64,000 bases of DNA from Calditrichia bacterium. GTDB lineage: Bacteria > Calditrichota > Calditrichia > JAJRVZ01. Every line of letters starts with the position of its first letter. Positions within the stretch are counted from its first letter, which is position 1. The stretch lies in NCBI GenBank assembly GCA_963796965.1, contig CAWCNS010000012.1, positions 1 through 64,000 on the forward strand. Direction: 5' to 3'. Both the position numbers and the translations under genes were made by a program. Positions 1 through 9,014 of the stretch are shown here, piece after piece. Below the pieces are notes generated by a model, which saw only the letters and a list, made by a program, of their open reading frames with translations, ran no database searches and was not told the DNA's origin.

Positions 1-8
1 AGGCAAAT

Positions 9-1330
9 TTATTTTAGGAATACCATTTTTTTTATTTCAGTATATGTCGGAGTTTGTAATCTATACATATAAATTCCGCTATTTATACTATTGCCATTAA
101 AAATGACTTTATGACTCCTGTTGGTAATTGTGTATCAATTAGAGTTATTATCTTTTGGCCAAGTGAATTAAATACCTCGAGTAATACGTGCTCGCTCTGT
201 GGGATCTCAAATGTGATACTTGTCTTATAGTAAACGGATTAGGAAAGTTTTGATGTAATTTGTAATCACTGATGTTTTGATATGAATTTTTTTCTAGTAC
301 ATTGGGATTATTATCAGTAAATTTGATTACAGAATTACTATCACCGCATGCAACATATGTGTTGGAATCAATCGAGATAAAATCAGTTAGCACAATATCT
401 GAATTCTTGATCAGCTGAACGTTCCGTCAGATTACCATCCACATCAAATTTATATATATCTGAGTTCTCAGCAAGACAAAGAATATTATCTTGTCCATCA
501 ACAATGAGCCTGCGACCTCCAGCGAAAGGTATTTCCCAAATAATTTCACCTTGTAGATCCAATTTGCTTAGGTATCCTTTCCTTATGAAAACTATTTGAT
601 CATCAGAGGTACGTGCTAATTTATATGGCAATTCTCCTTTAAATGACTTTTGCCAAACATGATTCAAATTCATGTCAACCATTCGGATGCTGTTGTCATC
701 TAATGCAATAATATATTTTTCACTATCAAGTTTGGTAACTGCCCATATTGGATTGTTGGGATATCTTTTGGTAAACAAAGTATCCCCTTCAGAATTTATT
801 CTTAATAGCATCCCATCTTTATTTGTAAAACCTGGAGTTGCCAATTCACCGTGAATTGAAAGAATAAATCCTTTTTCTTTTGTGATTTCTCGATAATCTA
901 ATTGAGTACACCATCCTTCATACGCATAAACGTGATGACCCCAATCACTCCAATTATAAAAATAAGCTCTATACCAAAGTAAGTCGCAATATTTCCATAT
1001 GAATAGAGTTTCAATGCTCCGGTAAATATAAAATATCCAAAATTTGATGAATAAAATAATTTAGCAACTCCTGGATGAAAATTGATTTCTTTATTCGGTA
1101 ACAAAGTCTCACCATTCGTATCAAGATTGACCAGCCATTTTTGTCCGACTACAGATCCGGTGTATCCAAATGCCAATAGAGCCTGTTCCTTCATCAGTCT
1201 TACATATAGAATAACTCTGCGCATGAAGCGCACCGGGCACTTGAAATTTTTTATGCCAAATGATATTAACCTGAGCATTAATTGTACTAATTAGAGAACA
1301 AGAGAAAAGAATTAAAAGAATTTTGTTCAT
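9..1330 (-). CDS. Cassette 12: secreted beta-propeller-like protein with T9SS type A C-terminal sorting domain; frameshifted in this sequence
   Basis: Signal peptide MNKILLILFSCSLISTINAQ; fragments 898-1278, 383-844, 148-393; CTD motifs YKLHQNFPNPF and SGIYMYRLQT...KKMVFLK with stop at 9-11; cassette starts at the attC core at 1355-1361. Confidence 0.7.
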
Positions 1331-1354
1331 CAAGCCTTCCTTCCTGATACATTT

Positions 1355-1453
1355 GTCTAACGGTCAGGCATAAGTGGCCGGCCACAATTTTTCGGTAACT
1401 ACAGAATACTAGGTTTGGCTACCACGCGTTTTCCAGTCCACTTGATGCCATTG
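1355..1453 (-). other. attC site (family A), split by an IS; its R'' box lies at 3086-3092
   Basis: GTCTAAC-GGTCAGGCATAAGTGG...CCACTTGATGCCATTG, then IS, then GTTAGGT; close match to the intact attC at 5351-5455. Confidence 0.9.
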
Positions 1454-1534
1454 ATATTATCAAAAAGGTCCTCCCAAAATTCATTATCTTTGTTTTACCA
1501 CAAACCAAAACCATAAATATAGGAGGACCTTATC

Positions 1535-2587
1535 ATGCGTTATGCTCAAATCAATTCTAAATTTGTCTGTGGCATCGATCTCCATGCAAGGGAGATGTAT
1601 GCCTGTGTCATGAACCAGAAAGGTGAAGTTCTTCTTCATCGTAATATGCGAACTGACTTTGACCTATTCAAGAGAAAGATTCAATCCTTTCTGCCAGACC
1701 TGGCTGTTGGGGTAGAATCAACTCATATGTATTACTGGCTGGCCGATGCCTGCAAAGAGCAAGGCATTCCTTTTTTTCTTGGCCATGCCTATTATATGAA
1801 AACCATCCATGGCGGTAAAACCAAAACCGACCGTCTTGATAGCCGTAAAATAGCCGATCTGATGCGGACCAATTATTATCCATTAGCCCATGCCTATCCA
1901 AAAGAAATGCGCGGGACTCGTGATCTGCTTCGCAGAAGACATCGCCTTTCCCGGCTGCGTGCTGAATGCTATCGCCATATTCAATCACTCTTTCATCAGC
2001 AGGGTATATCCATTAATTCGAATGAAGTAAAAAGTGTTAAAACAAGACGAGAACTTATTCAAAATCATTTGGATAACGATATTTATCTCAGCGCCCAGGC
2101 GGATCTGGATATGATGGACTTCCTTGATCCTAAAATCAAACAATTAGAACAGCAAATCAGAGCCCAGGCAAAATCTCATGACAGGGCAGCGCTTAATATC
2201 CTTTTGTCTGTACCCGGGATCGGTGATGTCTTTTCACTTGTCATCCTTTATGAAGTATGTGATATCAACCGTTTCCAATCTCATCAGCATTTCTGCTCGT
2301 ATGCCCGGCTTGTCAAATGTGAACGATCCTCTGCCGGGAAACATACCAAAGGTGGAAACCAGAAGATTGGTAACCCCTATCTCAAATGGGCCATTGCTGA
2401 TATTATCATTCATGCTGCCCATAAATCACAAGTGATTGGCGAGTATTACCAGAAACTGCAATCCCGTTTTGGAAAAAGAAAGGCCAAAAGTATCATCAGC
2501 CATAAATTCGGTATTGCCATTTATTACATGCTCAAAAACAAACAAGTCTTTGATGAAAATCGCTTTGTGCAGACAAATATGAAATAA
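1535..2587 (+). CDS. IS110-family DEDD recombinase/transposase
   Basis: CGIDLH, VGVES, KTDRLDS, SVPGIG, RSSAGK, KIGNPYLKWA motifs; AGGAGG RBS. Confidence 0.95.
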   Translation: MRYAQINSKFVCGIDLHAREMYACVMNQKGEVLLHRNMRTDFDLFKRKIQSFLPDLAVGVESTHMYYWLADACKEQGIPFFLGHAYYMKTIHGGKTKTDRLDSRKIADLMRTNYYPLAHAYPKEMRGTRDLLRRRHRLSRLRAECYRHIQSLFHQQGISINSNEVKSVKTRRELIQNHLDNDIYLSAQADLDMMDFLDPKIKQLEQQIRAQAKSHDRAALNILLSVPGIGDVFSLVILYEVCDINRFQSHQHFCSYARLVKCERSSAGKHTKGGNQKIGNPYLKWAIADIIIHAAHKSQVIGEYYQKLQSRFGKRKAKSIISHKFGIAIYYMLKNKQVFDENRFVQTNMK

Positions 2588-3060
2588 ATATGGGCTGGGC
2601 TGTCAAACCCGGCGCCTAACTGGTGGGCAACTCCGGAAATTTAGCTTAACCAACCGCGATTGATTGGGGAAACAGCCCTTGCCCCTTACATATACAACGA
2701 TCATTTGATCGTATGAACCAGCTGCCCCTTGCTGTAGCCATTTCCTAACCGGATCCCGGCTTTAAACAACTGCAGGGAAGCCATTATGCTTTTGACTAGC
2801 ACAGCATCAGGGTATCCAAGATAATTCTGGCGTCGCATCAAACTGCGGCATGTTCTGTGATTTCAAAGAACAATAGAACCTATATATGTGTTTAGTGCAG
2901 ATGGTTTAAAACCATCGAGCCCGAATTTTTAGAATGAAAGTCAGCTGATAATATTGTTCATCCGATGTAATATGATTGTTAATGTTTTATGTAACTAATG
3001 ATATCAATCATTAATTTGTCGATTTTTTTAGCAAAAAAGTCGAACAGGAGGGCTTTTTGT
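2588..3060 (+). ncRNA. Candidate bridge RNA/seekRNA region of the IS1111-type element
   Basis: ~470-nt ORF-free 3' region with target-matching (2744-2749, 2780-2785) and end-matching (2946-2954, 2968-2974) segments; RNA boundaries unknown. Confidence 0.65.
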
Positions 3061-3171
3061 GCTTGACATTGGACCTTTAATATGGGTTAGGTACTATTCA
3101 ACCATACTTCTGGTTTAATGTCTCGTTACATTGATTGTATTTTCTAACTTTTTCATATAGCAGTTCGATCG

Positions 3172-3351
3172 CTATAGTCTTGCTGTAATTCTACTTATTC
3201 TTTCTACATTAATCAGTTCAATATCTCTCTTGGTTTGAACTTTTAACCAAGATTCTTTAACCTCAATAACTTCACCTTTCACCGCATCAGAAAAACTGCT
3301 TACTACTCCAAGGTATATCGTTACTGTTTTACCTAATAATTCTTGCAGCAT
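3172..3351 (-). CDS. Cassette 11: small hypothetical protein (59 aa, Sm/Hfq-like beta pattern)
   Basis: ATG at 3351 after GGAGG; MLQELLGKTVTIYLG...GEVIEVKESWLKV...LINVERISRI. Confidence 0.7.
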   Translation of the reverse strand: MLQELLGKTVTIYLGVVSSFSDAVKGEVIEVKESWLKVQTKRDIELINVERISRITARL

Positions 3352-3383
3352 ACGTACCCTCCAAATTAATCTTATAGAATTGC

Positions 3384-3488
3384 ACCTAACGGTCAGTGCT
3401 AAGCAGCCGGCCACAATTTTTCATAAGCAACAGAATGCTAGGCTGATCTACCATGCGTTTTCCGGTCTGCTTGAGCACATTGTTAGGC
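3384..3488 (-). other. attC site (family A)
   Basis: ACCTAAC...GTGCTAAGCAG / CTGCTTGAGCAC...GTTAGGC imperfect palindrome with one extra base. Confidence 0.92.
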
Positions 3489-3513
3489 TGCCAATCTTTA
3501 AAATTAAATCAAC

Positions 3514-3963
3514 TTACGACATTTTATCAGTCATTAACTCTAATGGATCCGTCCCACTCAGACTACAAATCTGCATCATATATATGGAAAATCTTTTATC
3601 TATCTCTATCTGTGTCGCGATCTCGCGGTACGTAAAAATGGGTACTATATCCATATCATGAACAACACTGTTTACTAAATCCGCTAACATATCTACTTTC
3701 TCAGTCTTTGGAATTTTATAGATCTCATCGAGACATAAATCGATCATCTGATCTTTTGTAATATTTGGTTTTATCCCATTCTCATTATGAGTTGGAATAG
3801 AATCCATGTTAGTTATCGGCATGATAACATTTTCTTCTCCCGGCATTGTAAATTTTACATCTTTTTTTCTAGCCGGTACTTCAATGAAATCTTTCTGAAA
3901 ACAACAATTTTTGTATTTTTTTCCACTACCGCAGGGGCACGGAGAATTACGCGGAATACCCAT
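3514..3963 (-). CDS. Cassette 10: SEC-C motif protein
   Basis: N-terminal RNSPCPCGSGKKYKNCC. Confidence 0.85.
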   Translation of the reverse strand: MGIPRNSPCPCGSGKKYKNCCFQKDFIEVPARKKDVKFTMPGEENVIMPITNMDSIPTHNENGIKPNITKDQMIDLCLDEIYKIPKTEKVDMLADLVNSVVHDMDIVPIFTYREIATQIEIDKRFSIYMMQICSLSGTDPLELMTDKMS

Positions 3964-3994
3964 AGCAATAAACTTTCATTAAATTATAATAGCA

Positions 3995-4085
3995 GCCTAA
4001 CGGTCACTGCTAACAGGCGCGATTTTTACCACAATATTAAATTCATGCCACAGCTGTCAGCGTCCTGTTGAGCAGATGGTTAGAA
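3995..4085 (-). other. attC site (family B)
   Basis: GCCTAAC-GGTCACTGCTAACAGG...CCTGTTGAGCAGATG-GTTAGAA. Confidence 0.92.
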
Positions 4086-4101
4086 TGAACAATTAATTAG
4101 A

Positions 4102-4792
4102 CTAAGTTTCTATACCAAAAAATAAAATAAATGATTTTAATGTGTTCTTTGAATCACCACTTCCTGGTACAAATTCTTCCCTAAAGAAAGGTGAGATACT
4201 AATATCAAACACAAATCTAAAAAATATATTATGGTTTTTGTTATGAAATAATTGGATACCAAGTGAAATACCATAGTCATAATAATTAATGTAATCCTCA
4301 ATTTGTCTAACAGCCATTGAAGAAGAGGCGTCGTGTATTGAAAAATTATTAGCCTCAGAATTATCCACTGTAAGTACACGGGATATAAATGGCCCCAACT
4401 GAATTGCTAATAATTCGGAATTGTCCTCAAAACGAAGAATGGAAGCAGAATAGTAAATTGGTATTTGGAGATATGAAACGTCATAGTTTTTCACGTAATT
4501 GTCACATCCAGATATTGGAAGCCAAGTACATCCCCATCTGGCGCCCTTATTTATATAGCGAATTTCAGTGTAGAGTTTCGAAAAATTAGATAAACTATAC
4601 TTGAAGTAAAGACCGAGATTAAAACCAAAATTACTATACTGCTCTCCATAAGGATTCTCACCCGTGAATGAAGATAGATTTGCACCAACTTGGTAACCAT
4701 ATTGCCATATTGAATCTTGAGCGCTACAAATAGAAATTAGTACAAAGGCAATTGTAACGACAGAAATAGAGCTTCACTATATTATTTTCCAT
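4102..4792 (-). CDS. Cassette 9: outer-membrane beta-barrel (porin/PorT-like) protein; frameshifted
   Basis: Upstream frame reads signal peptide then YGYQVGANLSSF...GFNLGLY...EIRYINKG; continues YLQIP...QLGPFISR...DYGISLG. Confidence 0.65.
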
Positions 4793-4797
4793 GTTCA

Positions 4798-4902
4798 TTC
4801 TAACGGTCAGTGCTAAGCAGCCGACCACAATTTTTCACCAACCTCTGACTTCTACGCTGAGTTACCACGCGTTTTCCGGTCTGCTTGAGCACATGGTTAG
4901 AC
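4798..4902 (-). other. attC site (family A)
   Basis: TTCTAAC...GTTAGAC; same L-box pair as 3384-3488. Confidence 0.92.
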
Positions 4903-4906
4903 GGCG

Positions 4907-5311
4907 TTATTTGTTTTTTAAATTATATATAGCCTTCAACCTGGAATCAGATTCTGTATCGCCTTCTAAATATCCTTGCATTTGAACAAGAGGATTGCCT
5001 GCAATATCTGCGCTAACTCTAAATGTATCATTAATTGAATATGTTCTTCCAGGCTCTAATTTCTGCATCACATACCAATCCACATATCCATGTCTATCAT
5101 CATTCCATTGAATACCATACCCGCCAACATAACAAATATTCCCAGTTACTTTGTACTCGAATTCAACGGCATACTCAAAATCAGGCTCAGAGTTGTTTAA
5201 TTTTTCAAAATATCCATTATTAATAGTAAGATTTAATTCTTCAGGTTCTGTGGTACAGCAAAATTGTAGGCAAATAAGACATATTGAATAAAATATTAAA
5301 AGATACTTCAT
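4907..5311 (-). CDS. Cassette 8: hypothetical lipoprotein
   Basis: Likely start MKYLLIFYSICLICLQFC inside the cassette; the longer ORF call runs through the attC. Confidence 0.75.
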   Translation of the reverse strand: MKYLLIFYSICLICLQFCCTTEPEELNLTINNGYFEKLNNSEPDFEYAVEFEYKVTGNICYVGGYGIQWNDDRHGYVDWYVMQKLEPGRTYSINDTFRVSADIAGNPLVQMQGYLEGDTESDSRLKAIYNLKNK

Positions 5312-5350
5312 TTCAAATATCTCCAAGTTTTGACTCCACCTGTATGAGCC

Positions 5351-5455
5351 GACTAACGGCCAGGCATAAGTGGCCGGCCACAAATTTTCATAAACCACTG
5401 ACTACTAGGTTAAGCTACCACGCGTTTTCCGGTCCACTTGATGCCATTGTTAGCG
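5351..5455 (-). other. attC site (family A)
   Basis: GACTAAC...GGCATAAGTGG / CCACTTGATGCC...GTTAGCG. Confidence 0.92.
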
Positions 5456-5476
5456 CAAGTTTCGTTATCATATTGG

Positions 5477-5785
5477 TTAATATTCGGGTATTTCATCTCG
5501 CTCTTCAAAAGGCATTCTTATTGTATTCTCGATGTGTTCCCTCAATCTTGTTACCGCTGCTTTGAAGATCGAGATATCTATTTCATCCAGAAGACTCCAT
5601 GATTCTAAATAATCTTCCGGATCCTTTTCTATTTCTCTGACAAATTTTAAAATTCCCTTTAGGTATTCGTTTTCTTCTTCGAACCGGGAACACGCGGCCC
5701 CAATTTCAGTTTTCAATATGTCACTTGCTTCATTAGCGATAATAATGCAACCGTAAGCCATTGGAGTCAAATAATCTGTATCCAT
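5477..5785 (-). CDS. Cassette 7: hypothetical protein
   Basis: 102-aa ORF filling the cassette. Confidence 0.75.
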   Translation of the reverse strand: MDTDYLTPMAYGCIIIANEASDILKTEIGAACSRFEEENEYLKGILKFVREIEKDPEDYLESWSLLDEIDISIFKAAVTRLREHIENTIRMPFEERDEIPEY

Positions 5786-5818
5786 AATTATATCTATTTT
5801 ACTTAAATGATTCGTAAG

Positions 5819-5878
5819 TGCTAACGCTAGTGTTCACTGCCGAGCGGTGGCAAGTCCTTTTGCAGCGTGTTGCTAGCG
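5819..5878 (-). other. Short (60 bp) atypical attC with variant R''
   Basis: TGCTAAC...GCTAGCG; R'' reads CGCTAGC instead of ending AAC; GCTAGCGCT matches the cassette start GTTAGCGCT. Confidence 0.7.
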
Positions 5879-6257
5879 CTTGATTTACCAAGTTTGATGA
5901 AATGCATTGAATAGGTCTCTTCCAATTTTGAATCGCCACTTTTTGAAAAACGCAATATTTTATTACTCTTCTGATAAGGTGTAACTTTTGGAATTAAGTT
6001 TAGGTCATGTGCATGAAATCGAAATATTCTCAAAATTCGATTTAATTTAGCACAGTTTCCTTGCAGCACCATTTCAAGGTAAGGAACTTGTCCTCTTTCC
6101 CAAAGATCGATGTCCTTTTTATCAATCATTCCCATTTTTAAAAATACATCCAAAGGTTTTACCTCTCTTTCATGAAACTAGGTATTTTATCAACCACTTT
6201 TACAATTTTTAGGTAGTATTTATCTTCGCGATAATTTTGTAATGTAACTTTTTTCAT
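5827..6257 (-). CDS. Cassette 6: hypothetical protein, 5' frameshift, reads through its attC
   Basis: MKKVTLQNYREDKYY start at 6257; continues DLWERGQVPYLE...LRFSKSGD. Confidence 0.7.
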
Positions 6258-6276
6258 CTATTGATTAATTTGTTAG

Positions 6277-6367
6277 CGCTAACGGCCACTGCTAACAGGA
6301 GCCGGCTTTAAGCAAAATTAAAATTCACGCTACGGCTGCCGGCTTCCTGTTGAGCAGATGGTTAGAC
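6277..6367 (-). other. attC site (family B)
   Basis: CGCTAAC...CTGCTAACAGGA / TCCTGTTGAGCAG...GTTAGAC. Confidence 0.92.
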
Positions 6368-6389
6368 GCCGTCTTAATATAAAGTTTAA

Positions 6390-6992
6390 TTAGTCCTTGT
6401 TTAACTTATTGAATTGTTGTTTAAAATTTTCTATTTGAGATTTAATTTGATGATTTTCCATATCTTCTGGCTCAGCTTTTATTGCCTCTTCTATTACTAT
6501 TAATGCAGTATCCCATTCTTGTTTCTCTAAATACAAGACACTTAAATCTCTATAGGATTTCGATTTATCAGGGTTTAGTGAAATCGACTTTTTTAAATAC
6601 TCAATTCCTTTTTCAACATCCTTGTTATGTCCAAGAACCCATCCTAATTGATTCCAAAATTCCCAAAAAGAGTCGTCTAATTTAATCGCATTTTCCAGAT
6701 GAAAAATTGCCTTATTGATTTTTTCATCATATGTAAAAGCACAGCCTAATAAATAATGATAATGTGCTTGATCAGGTGCAAGCTCAACAGCTTTAGATAA
6801 AAATGAAATGGCTTCACTTATTTGATGATTATTTAAATATATTTCACCAATGCCCCAACAAGATAAGTGGTACGCCTGATCAGATTTATTGGATAATGTT
6901 ATAATCTGTTTGTAAGCAGAAATGGCTTCGGGAAAATTGCCTTCTTCAGTTGCTCGATTAGCTTTCTTAAAAAAATTTGATATTTCACTCAT
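6390..6992 (-). CDS. Cassette 5: tetratricopeptide-repeat protein
   Basis: Repeated helical TPR patterns (AVELAPD, AIKLDD, SISLNPD, AIKAEPE). Confidence 0.9.
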   Translation of the reverse strand: MSEISNFFKKANRATEEGNFPEAISAYKQIITLSNKSDQAYHLSCWGIGEIYLNNHQISEAISFLSKAVELAPDQAHYHYLLGCAFTYDEKINKAIFHLENAIKLDDSFWEFWNQLGWVLGHNKDVEKGIEYLKKSISLNPDKSKSYRDLSVLYLEKQEWDTALIVIEEAIKAEPEDMENHQIKSQIENFKQQFNKLNKD

Positions 6993-7060
6993 CTAATTTA
7001 ATCTACTTTCATGTTTTAGTTGAAAACAGAAAAATAAAACACAAATTTATAGTAAAAGGC

Positions 7061-7151
7061 GTATAACGGCCACTGCTAACAGGCGCGAGTTTTACCACAA
7101 TTTAAAATTCATGCCACAGCTATAAGCGTCCTGTTGAGCAGATTGTTATGT
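7061..7151 (-). other. attC site (family B)
   Basis: GTATAAC...GTTATGT. Confidence 0.92.
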
Positions 7152-7317
7152 GTTTAGTCAAACGTTCTCACGGTATGGCTAGTAAGGTATTGCGGGTTAT
7201 TCACCTGTCAGTTTACATCCTTTTTTAATGCGGGCTACAAACCTATGAAACCCTTATTAACTATACTGCGTATTAGACGATGATATTTTTATCATTCTAT
7301 AATGTGTGAATTAAATA

Positions 7318-8418
7318 TTAATTCCAATCAGGGTTTCCTGGCCATTTCTCATCAATTATCTCTTCCCCTTTTATTTTTGAAGGATCAATTTTAACGTACT
7401 TTATTTTTTCCCTTCTCCAGGTGTACACAATATGTACCATTCCATCCTTAGATTGAATTACCGAAGGATAAGAATACTGACTGATTTCAGAATCCTCCAG
7501 AATAAGTGAAGCAAACCATTTCTTACCATCTTTCGAATAGGCTACGTTCAAAGGTGTTCGGTAACCTTTTTTCGCACCGATAGGAGTTTTAACATGATTA
7601 TATACCAATAAATGACGGTCATCCGCTAAGCTTACTGCATCAAGACCTGACTGATTATTCGGTAACCCGGATTCTTTTAATAAAGACCAGGTTTTACCAT
7701 TATCTTCTGACCATGAAGTGGCAATTACTGAATTTTTACTTCTACATAGAATTTGCAAATGCCCATTTTCATGAACAAGAATAGTGGCCTGAATCGCAGC
7801 GTAATTATTATCACTATTAATTGGCCCAACCTTTTCCCATGTTTTTCCAAAATCATTGGTGATGTTAAAAGATACACACCAACCCATTTCACGAGAAGAT
7901 GATGGGCAGATAAGTGTGCCATCATCAAGTAATATGGGTTTGTTTTTCTCCGGACCAATTAATCCATCAGGTAATTTTACGGCCTCGCTCCAGGTTTTTC
8001 CATGATCCCCTGACCGTTTTAACATGCCCAACCTCTTTCCCTCAGAATTGGTCGTCTTATAAAATAGCATTAAATCTCCATCAGGAATTTGGAACAAAAC
8101 AGGATTCCAGGTATGAAATCGAAGGGTGTCATTCACAACACCATCAGCGGCCAATTCAGGTTCTGTCCATCTTTTATCAATTTTTCTGCTAACATAAATA
8201 CATACATCCGGATCTCGTTCACGTGTACCACCAAACCAGGCTGCCACCAACCCCTCTGGTGTATTTGCAATGGTTGAAGCATGACACGAAGGAAATGAAG
8301 CAGTGTCATAAATAAACTGTTCTTCAACAATACCGGTTTTCCAGTCGTTAGTTGAGCACCCCATTAAAGTTATTAAAAATAATGCGGTAAAAATTCTAAT
8401 TCCTGTACATAATTTCAC
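7318..8418 (-). CDS. Cassette 4: sialidase-family (BNR/Asp-box) lipoprotein
   Basis: Lipobox LMGC; CHASTI; Asp boxes SGDHGKTW, TNDFGKTW, SEDNGKTW, SKDGKKW; YSYP. Confidence 0.9.
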   Translation of the reverse strand: MKLCTGIRIFTALFLITLMGCSTNDWKTGIVEEQFIYDTASFPSCHASTIANTPEGLVAAWFGGTRERDPDVCIYVSRKIDKRWTEPELAADGVVNDTLRFHTWNPVLFQIPDGDLMLFYKTTNSEGKRLGMLKRSGDHGKTWSEAVKLPDGLIGPEKNKPILLDDGTLICPSSSREMGWCVSFNITNDFGKTWEKVGPINSDNNYAAIQATILVHENGHLQILCRSKNSVIATSWSEDNGKTWSLLKESGLPNNQSGLDAVSLADDRHLLVYNHVKTPIGAKKGYRTPLNVAYSKDGKKWFASLILEDSEISQYSYPSVIQSKDGMVHIVYTWRREKIKYVKIDPSKIKGEEIIDEKWPGNPDWN

Positions 8419-8482
8419 AACTATTATCCTTATTTAGCGTAAGATTCAATCTCTGTTTTTACTTTACAGCAGTTCTGCTTAC

Positions 8483-8587
8483 ACATAACGGTGAGGCATA
8501 AGTGGCCGGCCACAATATTTCATAAGCCACAGAACACTAGGGATGGTTCCCACGCGTTTTCCGGTCCACTTGATGCTATTGTTAGAC
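8483..8587 (-). other. attC site (family A)
   Basis: ACATAAC...GTTAGAC. Confidence 0.92.
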
Positions 8588-8640
8588 AGCAATTCTTATT
8601 AAAATATCATTATTTACCGTTTTCCACAGCGATAATATTT

Positions 8641-8907
8641 TTAAAATGGAAGATCAGGTAGCTTATTAAGTGCTTTAACAAACCTATCCTTATTAAATGG
8701 TTTTTGTTGCTTCATTACATCGAATATTTCAGATGAAACAACAACTCCAATTAATTCTTTTGATTTATCTTCAGAATAACCTAGTTTTAGAAGTCTCTCA
8801 AATGTTTTTTTTGTTTCTGGTGGATCTAAGGATTTAATCTGATTCTCAACAACTCCTATGATTGCTCCTTTTAGATATTCATTTGACATACTGTATTCCT
8901 CTTTCAT
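8641..8907 (-). CDS. Cassette 3: small hypothetical protein
   Basis: ORF fills the cassette; alternative start MSNEY at 8889 after GAGGA. Confidence 0.75.
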   Translation of the reverse strand: MKEEYSMSNEYLKGAIIGVVENQIKSLDPPETKKTFERLLKLGYSEDKSKELIGVVVSSEIFDVMKQQKPFNKDRFVKALNKLPDLPF

Positions 8908-8919
8908 ATTTAGTCTGCT

Positions 8920-9009
8920 GTCTAACGGTCACTGCTAACAGGCGCGAGTTTCACCAAAATTTAAATTCATGCTACAGCTTTAAGCGTCCTGTTGAGCAGA
9001 TGGTTAGCC
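8920..9009 (-). other. attC site (family B)
   Basis: GTCTAAC...GTTAGCC. Confidence 0.92.
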
Positions 9010-9014
9010 AGTGA

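Larger units (their letters stand above)
1453..3085 (+). mobile_element. IS110-family (IS1111-type) insertion sequence inserted in an attC, opposite in orientation to the cassettes
   Basis: Removing it restores GATGCCATT-GTTAGGT; subterminal IR AAAGGTCC (1464-1471)/GGACCTTT (3071-3078); no obvious TSD; long 3' non-coding region; ends uncertain by 1-2 bp. Confidence 0.9.

Noticed and set aside
2587..2620. Alternative guides AATATGGG (2587-2594) and CCTAAC (2615-2620)
   Set aside because: They match the right junction but mix donor and target halves and lack a clear enclosing stem; kept only as a fallback for covariation analysis.
3380..5565. Similar + strand ORFs (3380-3661, 4791-4985, 5284-5565) as a protein family
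   Set aside because: They are translations through repeated attC sites.
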